In this document: piece by piece, positions 1 through 12,125 of the stretch
Position numbering within the stretch: position 1 is the first letter of the stretch
How the letters are laid out: every line of letters begins with the position of its first letter
NCBI GenBank assembly: GCA_002269645.1
Contig: NIVC01001018.1
Span: forward strand, 124,001 to 188,000
Direction: 5' to 3'
Origin: Macrostomum lignano
Taxonomy: Eukaryota
Length of the DNA: 64,000 bases
Translations under genes and position numbers: made by a program
The notes under the pieces: model-generated
Databases searched by the model: none
What the model was told of the DNA's origin: nothing
What the model saw: the letters and a program-made list of their open reading frames with translations, nothing else

Positions 1-890
1 TGATCCCTCCTGACTCATTCCTATCTGACCTGATCCCTCCTGACTCATTCCTATCTGACCAGATCCCACCTGACTGATTCCTATCTGTCCAGATCCCTCC
101 TGACTCATTCCTATCTGACTTGATCCCTCCTGACTCATTCCTATCTGACCAGATCCCTCCTGACTCATTCCTATCTGACTTGATCCCTCCTGACTCATTC
201 CTATCTGACCAGATCCCACCTGACTGATTCCTATCTGTCCAGATCCCTCCTGACTCATTCCTATCTGACTTGATCCCTCCTGACTCATTCCTATCTGACC
301 AGATCCCACTTGACTGATTCCAATCTGTCCAGATCCCTCCTGACTCATTCCTATCTGACTTGATCCCACCTGACTGATTCCTATCTGTCCAGATCCCTCC
401 TGACTCATTCCTATCTGACTTGATCCCTCCTGACTCATTCCTATCTGACCAGATCCCATCTCCTATCTGACCAGATCCCACCTGACTGATTCCTATCTGA
501 CCAGATCCCTCCTGACTCATTCCTATCTGACCAGATCCCATCTGACTCATTCCTATCTGAACAGATCCCATCTGACTCATTCCTATCTGATCAGATCCCT
601 CCTGACTCATTCCTATCTGACCAGATCCCATCTGACTCAATTCTATGTGACCAGATCCCTTCTGACTTATTTCTTTCTGATCAGATCCCACATGACTCAT
701 TCCTGACTAATCTCTCTTGACTCGTTCCTATCTGACCAGATCCCTCCTGACTCATTCCTATCTGACCAGATCCCATCTAACTCATTCCTATATGACCAAA
801 TCCCTCCTGACTCATTCCTGTCTTACTAGATCCTTCTTGACCCATTCCCATCTGATCAGATCCCATTTGACCTACTCGTACTACCCCAGG
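1..890. repeat. 30-bp minisatellite (TGATCCCTCCTGACTCATTCCTATCTGACC)
   Basis: Tandem units, degenerating at the 3' end; truncated by the window start. Confidence 0.95.
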
Positions 891-1280
891 TACATGATGC
901 CATTGTTCTGTGCTATTTTTATGAATATCTGAAACGGTACATCAGTAAGTTACGAGTATACCATATTCTGCTTTAGCATAACTAGAAATGCCCGTCCAAC
1001 GCACAGGATGCTTAGTGGAGCTGCGCATTCTTAAAAATCTCCTTATTTATTATTTTTCCATTTTTCTGATTTTATAATTTTTCTGTCCATGTCAAGTGTA
1101 ATAGCAAGTAAAACATTAATAAGGAGCTGGCTGCCGCGGGCTGTGTGGTCCTGTCACTGGGCACACAAATTGACTAATTTTTTTTTTCTGTTGCTTGCTG
1201 CCCTCGGTTAATCTTTTAGGATTTTTATAATTTAAAATCAAATCAGAGAAAATCTGTCTGTGTTTTATTGTCTTTGTTCA

Positions 1281-2312
1281 CTCGGACAGGCTGTTCCCCA
1301 TCTTAATTCCCCTGTGATGAGTATCCCTACTCGGACAGGCTGTTCCCCATCTTAATTCCCCTGTGATAAGTATCCCTACTCGGACAGGCTGTTACCCACC
1401 TTAATTCCCCTGTGATGAGTATCCCTACCCGGACAGGCTGTTCCCCATCTTAATTCCCCTGTGATGAGTATCCCTACTCGGACAGGCTGTTCCCCATCTT
1501 AATTCCCCTGTGATGAGTATCCCTACTCGGACAGGCTGTTCCCCATCTTAATTCCCCTGTGATGAGTATCCCTACTCGGACAGGCTGTTCCCCATCTTAA
1601 TTCCCCTGTGATGAGTATCCCTACTCGGACAGGCTGTTCCCCATCTTAATTCCCCTGTGATGAGTATCCCTACTCGGACAGGCTGTTCCCCATCTTAATT
1701 CCCCTGTGATGAGAGTATTCCTACTCGGACAGGCTGTTCCCCACCTTAATTCCCCTGTGATGTGAGTATCCCTACTCGGACAGGCTGTTCCCCACCTTAA
1801 TTCCCCTGTGATGAGAGTATTCCTACTCGGACAGGCTGTTCCCCATCTTAATTCCCCTGTGATGAGAGTATTCCTACTCGGACAGGCTGTTCCCCACCTT
1901 AATTCCCCTGTGATGTGAGTATCCCTACCCGGACAGGCTGTTACCCACCTTAATTTCCCTGTGATGTGAGTATCCCTACCCGGACAGGCTGTTACCCATC
2001 TTAATTCCCCTGTGATGAGAGTATTCCTACTCGGACAGGCTGTTCCCCACCTTAATTCCCCTGTGATGTGAGTATCCCTACCCGGACAGGCTGTTACCCA
2101 CCTTAATTTCCCTGTGATGTGAGTATCCCTACCCGGACAGGCTGTTACCCACCTTAATTTCCCTGTGATGTGAGTATCCCTACTCGGACAGGCTGTTCCC
2201 CATCTTAATTCCCCTGTGATGAGAGTATCTCTACTCGGACAGGCTGTTACCCACCTTAATTTCCCTGTGATGTGAGTATCCCTACTCGAACAGGCTGTTC
2301 CCCATCTTAATT
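1281..2312. repeat. 49-51-bp minisatellite (CTCGGACAGGCTGTTCCCCATCTTAATTCCCCTGTGATGAGTATCCCTA)
   Basis: About 20 head-to-tail units with no spacers. Confidence 0.95.
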
Positions 2313-2460
2313 CATTATTCTTATGGGTATTAGAAATCTATGCTCGTAATTTCTTTATGTTTGTTCTCTAGGAGTGGTGGGATTTTGGAGATCCCAATTC
2401 ACAGGGATTTTAAGTATCCATATTTAATTAGGCTCTAAATGCGTCAATAAAATTTGCACA

Positions 2461-2479
2461 TCTGCCCCCCCCTTTTCAG
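2461..2479 (+). promoter_or_regulatory. Strong unpaired 3' splice acceptor upstream of POT1 (5'UTR intron or SL trans-splice site)
   Basis: CCCCCCCCTTTTCAG ending at 2479, 66 nt before the ATG. Confidence 0.45.
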
Positions 2480-2545
2480 CTGCAAGAATTTGGCAAGCCA
2501 ACGCAGATAAGCTCGAATTAGTTTTAGTAGATTATATCAAATATA

Positions 2546-5305
2546 ATGGCACTCACAGCCAGCGCTATAAGGCAGTACACCTACAGCAGACTGGCCGACA
2601 TAACAGTGGAGAGGAACTGCCTGAACGTCATCGCCGTAGTGTCGGACATTGTCCGGCCGCAGCGTCTGTCTCGCGGCTCGCATCGCGACGCCCTGATATT
2701 GGTGGCGCTGGCTGACGAGTCGTGCGACCGGCTTCTCACCACAGTGTTCGCGTCATCGCCAGACAAGTTGCCGAAATTTGTTCCCGGCTGCATTGTGATC
2801 GGGCATCGGCTGAAATCTGAAGTGTTTAACGGTGAGATGCGTCTTGCTGTGGTGCCAAGAATTGGCGGCACCTTGTACGTATTGCCCGCGTCTAGCGACA
2901 CGGAGACTGGCAACAATCTTGATGAGGATAGCGATGAGCAGCTGGCCAAGTCTATTATGTCGGATAGGAGACAGTTTCCCCAGACTGCCGGCATCACGGA
3001 TGTGGATCTGGCTCGCGTTAGGGTGAGTGGATTTATACCTGTGTGTGTCGCTAAGGGAATGTCGGGCCTGTGTGTGTCGCCAAGGGAATGTCGCATCTGT
3101 GTGTGTCGATAAGGGAATGCCGGACCTGCGTGTGTCGCTAAGGGAATGTCGCACCTGTGTGTGTTGCTAAGGGAATGTCAGACCTGTGTGTGTCGCTAAG
3201 GGAATGTCGGACCTGCGTGTGTCGCTAAGGGAATGTCGGACCTGCGTGTGTCGCTAAGGGAATGTCGGACCTGCGTGTGTCGCTAAGGGAATGTCGGACC
3301 TGTGTGTCGCTAAGGGAATGTCGGACCTGTGTGTGTCGGAGGTAAGGGAGTGTAAGTGAATGCCTCTGTTAAGACTAATCCCAATTGTTAAACACCCAAA
3401 TCCCAGGAGCTGCGCCGCTGGTTTCGCAATTACCAAGCAGCTCCATCTGGCCAGCGGCCTCAATCCGCCGCATCGAGCAGCGGCGCCTCCTCCTCTCCTC
3501 CTGCCCGCGAATCCAGCTGTCTGAGCTGTCGAAACTCCGTCTTCAATCCGGCGGCAGTCGCAAGTTTGTCGACCTAGTCGCCCAAATTGTTGGCATCGGT
3601 CGGCTTGACGATACCTGCACCGTAGCGCGCGTCTGGGACGGCAGCGAAGTGTCCGCTGAGACCTTCCGGCCGGATCCTGCAGTGACTAACATAGAGATTG
3701 CTACCTGGCCCGAGCTGCCAGCTGACTGGCTAGCTGACAGGTACAGTGTCGACATATTCGTTTACGACGAGCACCAGGAGCCGTTGCTAACCAGCGTGCA
3801 GCTTGGCGACTTAGTGGAATTCGGCAACCTATCTGTGAAGCTGTTCAGAACCTCTGACTCCTCTAACAATGGCCTAGGCAACTGGCGCGAGCACCTGCTG
3901 TTGACTCTCAACGGTGGCGGTCGGAATTACAATCGGAGACTGTGCAAATTGGATCCGACATTCTGCAGCTTAGCCGCCAAGACTCATAAACAGTTGATGT
4001 TTGTGCGCAGCAGCTGGCTGCCAAAGAAACCACAGCCGCCGACTTCAGAGGCGGGTGGCGCCGCTGCAATCGATGCTGCAACAACTACCGTGGCAACGAC
4101 TACTGCGCTTGTGACTAAGGCGGACGAGCGATTTGATGATGTTGAACGAATTGGCCTAGCCGAGCTGATCAAGTAGGTTTTCTTGGGGGCTTACCTGAGT
4201 CCTCAATAATCCTTAATTCCCTGTCTCTTCTCTAATCCTCAGCTTCCTATCTTCAGTAATGCCTAATTTACAAATTTCAACTCTGCTCATTTAAACCCCA
4301 ACTCTCTACTCACTTCCTCACGAATATCAACTCTCTACTCCCTAATCCCAACTCTCTGCACACTAATCCCCACTCTCTCCACACTAATCCCAACTCTCTA
4401 CTCACTAATCCCAACTCTCTACTCACTAATACCAACTCTACTCCCTAATCCCAACTCTACTCCCTAATCCCAACTCTCTACTCACTAATCTCAACTCTAC
4501 TCACTAATCCCAACTCTCTACTCACTAATCCCAACCCTACTCACTAATCCCAACTCTCTACTCACTAATCCCAACTCTCTGCTCACTAATCCCAACTCTC
4601 TGCACACTAATCCTCAATCCCCGAAAGATATCCTATTTTATTTCCATACCTTCACACCTGATTCCTCCTCCCCCCCCCAGCTCGGCCAGCCAGTCGGATG
4701 CCGGGCGCAAGGTGGTTCGCGCCACCCTGATCCGCCTGCTGCCAACCACAGCCGATCGTTTAGTGTGGCTGCTGTGCCCCAACTGCCCGGACAGGGCTTG
4801 GGGACCGGAGGAGTTCTCTCTAGACGACAGCGAACACTTCGACAACAGCCAGCATCCGCCGAACGTCGATTTAGACGCCGATAATCGACGTCAATGTCGG
4901 AGATGTCGACGTAATGGCAGCGACGGCGAATCTCGTTTAAGCGCCTCGCTGTGCCTCTGCCTGCACCTGACTGACCCTGAGGCCGAGCTGCTCGCGTTCG
5001 TTTGGGACGCCGAAGTGTTGCGCTTGCTAGCCGGTTGCTATGACAACCAAGAAGATTATAATAGTAGCAATATTAATGCGGAGCGGCTAGGTCAGGACGC
5101 CGATTTGAGGCGTCGAGTTTTTGGTCGATTGCGCGACCGCCTACCGACCGGGGCCAGGGTTGAACTGTCCCTACTGCACTATCGGGCCGCCAATGGTACT
5201 CTGGTGTTCTCCGTCTGCGACACAAGTCTGCTGCCTGAGTCTGCGGTTGCCGCCTGCACAGCTGCTGATCAGAGTACTTACTCTAGCGTTGATGAAGATG
5301 ATTAA
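2546..5305 (+). CDS. POT1: Protection of telomeres 1 (three OB folds). Exons 2546-3022, 3407(or 3481)-4172, 4681-5305
   Basis: OB1 (CLNVIAVVSDIVRPQRLSRG...LADES), OB2 (FVDLVAQIVG...RVWDGS...DIFVYDEH...VEFGNL), C-terminal CPNC and LHLTD...SVCDTS resemble POT1. Donor GTGAGT at 3023, acceptor AG at 3405-06, donor GT at 4173 and acceptor at 4679-80 (phase 2, AA|C). A 1-nt frame discrepancy near 3495 is discussed in findings. Confidence 0.88.
3038..3340. repeat. 29-bp minisatellite in POT1 intron 1
   Basis: GTGTGTCGCTAAGGGAATGTCGGACCT-type units. Confidence 0.93.
4300..4615. repeat. 19-22-bp minisatellite in POT1 intron 2
   Basis: ACTAATCCCAACTCTCTACTC-type units. Confidence 0.9.
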
Positions 5306-5437
5306 ACTTTGCCTGTCATATTTTCAGCTTTTAATAATCTCCGATGCATTATGCACAATTTTAAAAGTTTAAAAACAAATTTATGCATTTTTGTGTTGGC
5401 GTTTAATGGTGCTGTATTATAATAACTATTGCAATTT

Positions 5438-5443
5438 AATAAA
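5438..5443 (+). promoter_or_regulatory. Putative poly(A) signal of POT1
   Basis: AATAAA about 130 nt after the stop codon, followed by T-rich sequence. Confidence 0.45.
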
Positions 5444-5574
5444 GTACATGCTTTTTAATACGAGAAAGGTCAACGTGTTTTGATTTTGATGTTTGACTTG
5501 ATTTTCATATCATTTCTACGCTAATTTGGGTTATTTTATCTATGCATGCATAGTAATAGGGTTTGTAGGCTTCT

Positions 5575-7095
5575 GAGGATCTGGAAGGCTGGCCCAGCAA
5601 CTGAGGATCTGGGAGGGCGGCCCAGCAACTGAGGATCTGGGAGGGAGGCCCAGTAACTGAGGATCTGAGAGGGAGGCCCAGTAACTGAGTATCTGAGAGG
5701 GAGGCCCAGTAACTGAGTATCTGAGAGGGAGGCCCAGCAACTGAGGATCTGGGAGGCTGACCCAGAAACTGAGGATCTGGGAGGCTGGCCCAGCAACTGA
5801 TGATCTGGGAGGCTGGCCCAGAAACTGAGGATCTGGGAGGGTGGCCCAGCAAGTGAGGATCTGGGAGGGAGGCCCAGCAACTGAGGATCTGGGAGGGAGG
5901 CCCAGCAAGTGAGGATCTGAGTAACTGAGGATCTGGGAGGGCGGCCCAGCAACTGAGAATCTGGGAGGGCGGCCCAGCAACTGAGGATCTGGGAGGCTGG
6001 CCCAGCAACTGAGGATCTGGGAGGGCGGCCCAGCAACTGAGGATCTGGGAGGGCGGCCCAGCAACTGATGATCTGGGAGGGCGGCCCAGCAACTGAGAAT
6101 CTGGGAGGGCGGCCCAGCAACTGAGAATCTGGGAGGGAGGCCCAGCAAGTGAGGATCTGAGTAACTGAGGATCTGGGAGGGCGGCCCAGCAACTGAGAAT
6201 CTGGGAGGGCGGCCCAGCAACTGAGGATCTGGGAGGCTGGCCCAGCAACTGAGGATCTGGGAGGGCGGCCCAGCAACTGAGGATCTGGGAGGGCGGCCCA
6301 GCAACTGATGATCTGGGAGGGCGGCCCAGCAACTGAGAATCTGGGAGGGCGGCCCAGCAACTGAGAATCTGGGAGGGAGGCCCAGCAAGTGAGGATCTGA
6401 GTAACTGAGGATCTGGGAGGGCGGCCCAGCAACTGAGAATCTGGGAGGGCGGCCCAGCAACTGAGGATCTGGGAGGCTGGCCCAGCAACTGAGGATCTGG
6501 GAGGGCGGCCCAGCAACTGAGGATCTGGGAGGGCGGCCCAGCAACTGATGATCTGGGAGGGCGGCCCAGCAACTGAGAATCTGGGAGGGCGGCCCAGCAA
6601 CTGAGAATCTGGGAGGGCGGCCCAGCAACTGAGAATCTGGGAGGGCGGCCCAGCAACTGAGAATCTGGGAGGGCGGCCCAGCAACTGAGGATCTGGGAGG
6701 GAGGCCCAGCAACTGAGGATCTGGGAGGCTGGCCCAGCAACTGAGAATCTGGGAGGCTGGCCCAGCAACTGAAAATCTGGGAGGGCGGCCCAGCAACTGA
6801 GGATCTGGGAGGGAGGCCCAGCAACTGAGGATCTGGGAGGGAGGCCCAGCAACTGAGAATCTGGGAGGGCGGCCCAGCAACTGAGGATCTGGGAGGGAGG
6901 CCCAGCAACTGAGAATCTGGGAGGGCGGCCCAGCAACTGAGGATCTGGGAGGGAGGCCCAGCAACTGAGGATCTGGGAGGGAGGCCCAGCAACTGAGGAT
7001 CTGGGAGGGAGGCCCAGCAACTGAGTATCTGAGAGGGAGGCCCAGCAACTGAGGATCTGGGAGGCTGGCCCAGCAGCTGAGGATCTGGGAGGGCG
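5575..7095. repeat. 28-bp minisatellite with 240-bp higher-order repeat
   Basis: GGGAGGGCGGCCCAGCAACTGAGGATCT; lines 5941, 6181 and 6421 are identical. Confidence 0.96.
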
Positions 7096-7241
7096 GCCGT
7101 GGCCCAGCCAGCCTTAACCTGACCAAATGCCAAAGATGGATTAGAAGCAGTGTATGTAGAGCAATCATATAAGATAGAATATAAACAAAGTGCATTCAAG
7201 CATTCAAGTATTGGAGCTAATAATAAGGCGACACCGATTGC

Positions 7242-10200
7242 ATGAAATCTTCGCCATCAAAACAGCCGGCGAATTCGTCGGACGCGGAGGCCGCCTCCAA
7301 TTCGGACGATTTCCGCGTCCACCGGGTGAATTTCCACCGGCCAGACCTGCACCCGGTGAACTGCGCCGCCTACAAGAGCGGCCGTCTGGCCGTGGCCCGG
7401 GCTGACGCCTCCGTGGAGATCTACAGCGAGCGGGACGGATTCTATCTGGACCGTCGGGTACCCGGCTGCCTGCTGAAATCTGTCGAAGGTCTCTGCTGGC
7501 TGAATGGCCGCCTATTCTGCACCGGTTTGAGCGGATTCGTGTACGAGATTGACTTGGCCAGTTGCGATGTCCGGCGCTCCGTCAGCAGCCACACCGACGG
7601 CAACTGGTGCATCGCCGGCCAGTCGGCCAGTGGCCGTCTAGCCGTTGGCAGCGACTCCGGCGCCGTGGTTGCTTTGGAAACCGAGGACGACGATCTGCGT
7701 CTTGGCGCCACTCTCGGCCGCCTATCTGGCCGAGTGTTGTCTCTGGCCTGGCATCGCGTCGTCCAGTCGGACAGCTTGGACAGTTCGGACGGCGGCGCTC
7801 CGGCTCTGGCCGCCGGCAGCGTCAATTGCATCTTCCTGCTGTCCGGCCGGCCTGGCGACTCGGCCGCTCGACGATTGCCGTTGGCGCGTCGGGGCCGACG
7901 CATCGACACCCTGGCCTGGTCGGTGTTATTCCTCGGCGACGCACTGGTGTCCGGCGACTCGGCCGGCTGCGTCACAATCTGGGACTCGATTAGCGGCGCC
8001 CAGGTCCGGCTTTTCCACAGTCACCGGGCCGACGTGCTCGCCTTGGCGCCAACCAGAGACAGACAGAGCTTCTTTGCTGCCGGCGTTGACCCGACTGTGC
8101 AGCGGTTCGATTTGGTGAGAGACCTGCTGACCTGCGGTTCGACTCCTGACCAACAGACTTAGCTACTTGACCACTGACACACAGACACGACTCTCCAACC
8201 ACTTATTCACCGACCCACTGACCCACTAAGAGACACAGTTCTCCGACCCACTGACCCACTAAGAGACAGTTCTCCGACCCACTGACCCACTAAGAGAGAC
8301 AGTTCTCCGACCCACTGACCCACTAAGAGACACAGTTCTCCGACCCACTGACCCACTAAGAGACAGTTCTCCGACCCACTGACCCACTAAGAGACACAGT
8401 TCTCCGACCCACTGACCCACTAAGAGACACAGTTCTCCGACCCACTGACCCACTAAGAGACACAGTTCTCCGACCCACTAAGAGACACGATTTACTGGCT
8501 TATTGACCCATTGACCCGCTCACTGGCCATGCAGGTGACCCAGCTGCCGGATACCGCCGATACCAACGACAGTAGCGGGCCGGTGCTGCCCGCCTCCCGC
8601 TGGGAGATGGCCTGGTCAACCCGAGAGCTGTCGCATGACGTGCGCGCACTGTGCTGCTCCAAGCGCCACCTGGTCACAGGCGGCACCAACTGCCGTCTGG
8701 TGCTATTCGAACTGGCCAGCCTGCGCCAGCACCAGCACCAGGGCCGTTGGAAAAACCGACGGCGGCGCTGCAAAATTCGCCTCGGCTGGCCGCTGACGTT
8801 CGCGCCTCGGCCGGCCGCCTCGATTCGCTGCTGCTGCCCCGGGCCGCTGGCGCTGATGCGCAACTCGGACAGGATCCGGTTGTACCGCCTTGGCGACACC
8901 GAGGCCAGGGGGCGGGACGGACTGGCCGGCTTCGCGCAGCTGGACTCGCTGCCGCTGTCGGCCGAGCCCCGACTCCTGTTGGAGCTGCTGCCGCCAGACG
9001 GCCAGGAGGTGATCTGCGCCGATGTCGGGCATCGGGGAAGCCGGCTGGTTTATTCCGATGCAAAGAAATTGCGACTGTTTGAACTGGTTGACCAGCCTGT
9101 CATTGGTGCCGATGCGGCTGTTGCCGATATTGGCCTTCGGCCTGTCCGGCTGCCGCTTCCGGAAGCAGCCGACCAGCCGGCTTTGTCAGTCTGCTTCACT
9201 GAGGCCGGCTACCTGTTGTGCCTCGGCCGCGACCGTCAGCTCCGCTGTCTGTCCTCAGCCAACGGCGCTCTGCTCGGCTCCGCGCGGCCCAGCGTTGCCG
9301 ACGGCGCCGTGACGGCCCACCTGCTAGCTGGCCGAGACCGCCTAGCCGCCCTGGGTACGCATGAAGGTCACGTGCTGGTCTACGGCCTGCCAGACTGCGG
9401 CCAGCTGGCCCAGCTAGGCCGCGGCAGACGCTGCTGCCAGCCAACAGCGATGGCAATGCATCCTAGCAAGCGCAAACTGTTTGTAGCTTATTCCGATCGC
9501 AGCATCGCTCTCTACGATGTTGATAAACAGGCGGCCAATCCTTGGTGCATGAATTTCAACGCCTACGTGAGCCCGGAGTGGCATCATCTGGGCCATTTCC
9601 TGCACGCTGTGTACGCATCGCCTGGCAAAGTGCTGCTAGCTAATGACAGATTCCTGGTGTCCATCTCTCTGTACCGCACCGTGCCCAGCGCTAATATATT
9701 CCGCCCGGATGCGCCAACTGTTTACCGTAAGCCACCGGCCACTGCAGCTGAAGACGCTAAACAGCTTCCGGTGGAAGGTGATGCCGGCCAACAACAGGTT
9801 GAAGAGATCGAAGAGACTAAAGAGATCGTTGTTGAGTCCAAAGAGCTGGATAATAATGATGATGATGCTGATAATGATGAAGCAGCTGCAGCCACAGGCC
9901 CGGAGGCTGACCAGACGGAGCCTTCAACCGAGGCGTCGAGCAAGAAATCGCACAGACAGAGCAGTCGCATGCGAAAGCTGATTAGAAAACGCAAGCATTC
10001 CACCGGCAGCGCTGCCGATACCGACAGTCAGCCAGTTGCTGAGAAGAAAATCACCCAGGAGTCGCAGCCGCCTTCGACTGCTCCTCCTGCGTCAACAGCG
10101 CTAACACCAGCCCAAAGCCGCCGCCGACGCCGCCGTCAGGTGTCGGTCTCCGAAGCCGGCGACGATCGACCAAAATTCTCTCTCGAATTGTCCGCCGGCC

Positions 10201-10352
10201 AATCCTCGGCCGTGGCCTGGGTGTCCGGCTTTCAGTTCCTGCTTGGCCTGTGCCAGGTGAGCAAGCGCGACCTGTGCCTAGTCAGCCTGCCGCCCGAGGA
10301 CTATCTGGCTATGCTGCAGGCGCCCGCGTTTCGCAAACGATTCGGCGTTTAA
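7242..10352 (+). CDS. UTP4: U3 snoRNP protein UTP4/cirhin (WD40 repeats), about 896 aa. Exons 7242-8114, 8535-10352
   Basis: N-terminus HRVNF...LAVARADASVEIY, LVSGDSAGCVTIWD, HRADVLAL, AAGVDP, HDVRAL and C-terminal RKRFGV match UTP4. Phase-0 intron GTGAGA at 8115 to GCAG at 8534. Confidence 0.9.
8165..8490. repeat. 29-33-bp minisatellite in the UTP4 intron
   Basis: GACCCACTGACCCACTAAGAGACACAGTTCTCC units. Confidence 0.93.
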
Positions 10353-10629
10353 TAACCGAATGACGTGTGTTTCTGCATTATCATTGCTGTTTCCCTTCGT
10401 TAATAACTGCTTTCACAAGTACTTTGTGTACTTTGCGGCTAGAATAATACACGAATTTGATTGACGTTAAGACAGGCAGTACGTCTGCGAGTTGAGAGTT
10501 TTCATTGCTTTCGTGTCTGCATTTTGCCTAGATGGCTGGGCTTCTGTTTGCAGTTACTGGAATTCAATTCTGCTGCGGACTCGCATTGGCTTTATAATGA
10601 TTTTTTCTCAGTTTTATGCGCTGTCTGAT

Positions 10630-10633
10630 TTAG

Positions 10634-10678
<45 letters not shown>

Positions 10679-10731
10679 GTCTGTCTGTCTCTTTGTCTGT
10701 CTGTCTCTTTGTCTGTCTATCTGTCTGTCTG

Positions 10732-10762
<31 letters not shown>

Positions 10763-10815
10763 TTGTCTGTCTGTCTCTTTGTCTGTCTGTCTGTCTGTCT
10801 GTGTGTCTGTCTGTC
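10630..10815. repeat. (TCTG)n microsatellite
   Basis: Seen directly. Confidence 0.95.
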
Positions 10816-11539
10816 TCCTGTTTGCCTCTTTCCATCGGTCTGTCAGCCTCAGTGTCCAATCTTTCCGTCAGCACATCCTCATGGATGCACGCGTGTTTAT
10901 CAGTCTGCTGTACATCAGTCAATCAATTTAATTCTGTGCTTAATTTAGATTTCAACTCTATTTGGCAGGGCTTTCACCTGAGCCTTTACTAAGCCTCAAT
11001 CCCAGTGGTGCTCAGATTTAACCAGCCTGCCGCAGCGCCTCTCCCGAAGTAATGCGCGGCTGCGTTTTATAATGAACTCCCATCTAGACCATTTTGGTCG
11101 GTGATTAATGCCAGCCATTTTTTATAGGCTAATCGAATTATAAGCCGGCTCGAATAGAAGCCTCGGGATGCTGGGCGTAAGCGTGTGCCGCCCCTCTAAT
11201 CAAGGAAATATTACACACTGGATTCCTTACCTATCAGCTGCTTCACTATGATGCATGGTCTACGATATGCATGGTCGTAGACATCAGCTTTTCCGGTTGG
11301 CAGAATATTTTTTGTTATTTTTGGCCACCCCCAGCGTTCGGGCTCTTGGCGCCAGATCGAAAACCCTCCCTTCAGGCGGCAAATACGGATTATCATGTAC
11401 TGAATATATTGCCATTTAAGGCTTTGCAAACTTTCACTATCCTCGATGCGGTGTCTGTCTAACAATAAAAATGGAACTAAAAGGGCGTGGAGCCACCCAG
11501 CACAGCTGCTCAAATTTCAGTCTCATTATGTCTTAATTG

Positions 11540-12125
11540 AGAATCTAGCTTTGTCGAGTCTCACATCTAATCTCATCGAGTTTTACACATTATCTAATCT
11601 CATCGAGTCTCACATCTAATCTCATCGAGTCTAGCATTGGCTAATCTCATCGAGTCTTACATCATTTTATCTAATCTCATCGAGTCTCACATCTAATCTC
11701 ATCGAGTCTCACATATAATCTCATCGAGTCTCATCTAATCTCATCGAGTCTCACATCTAATCTCATCGAGTCTAGCATCGGCTAATCTCATCGAGTCTCA
11801 CATCATTTTATCTAATCTCATCGAGTCTCACATCATCTAATCTCGTCGACTCTCACATAATCTAATCTCATCGAGTCTCACATCATTTCATCTAATCTCA
11901 TCGAGTCTCAAATAATTTTATCTAATCTCATCGAGTCTCGCATCATCTAATCTCATCGAGTCTCACATCATCTAATCTCATCGAGTCTCACATCATCTAA
12001 TCTCATCGAGTCTCACACCATTTTATCTAATCTCATCGAGTCTCACATCATCTAATCTCATCGAGTCTCACACCATCTTATCTAATCTCATCGAGTCTGA
12101 CATTACCTAATCTCATAGAGTCTCA
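11540..12125. repeat. Variable ~22-30-bp minisatellite (TCTAATCTCATCGAGTCTCACATCA)
   Basis: Seen directly. Confidence 0.93.

Noticed and set aside
1281-2312. CRISPR-like appearance of regular repeats
   Set aside because: Units are head-to-tail with no unique spacers, there are no cas genes, and the context is eukaryotic.
5505-7199. Three overlapping 500-aa minus-strand ORFs
   Set aside because: Translations of a 28-bp satellite; the same peptides cycle through all three frames.
7190-9456. Antisense and alternate-frame ORFs over UTP4 (also over GPSM and the GPCR)
   Set aside because: Expected shadow ORFs of GC-rich coding sequence; no recognisable domains.
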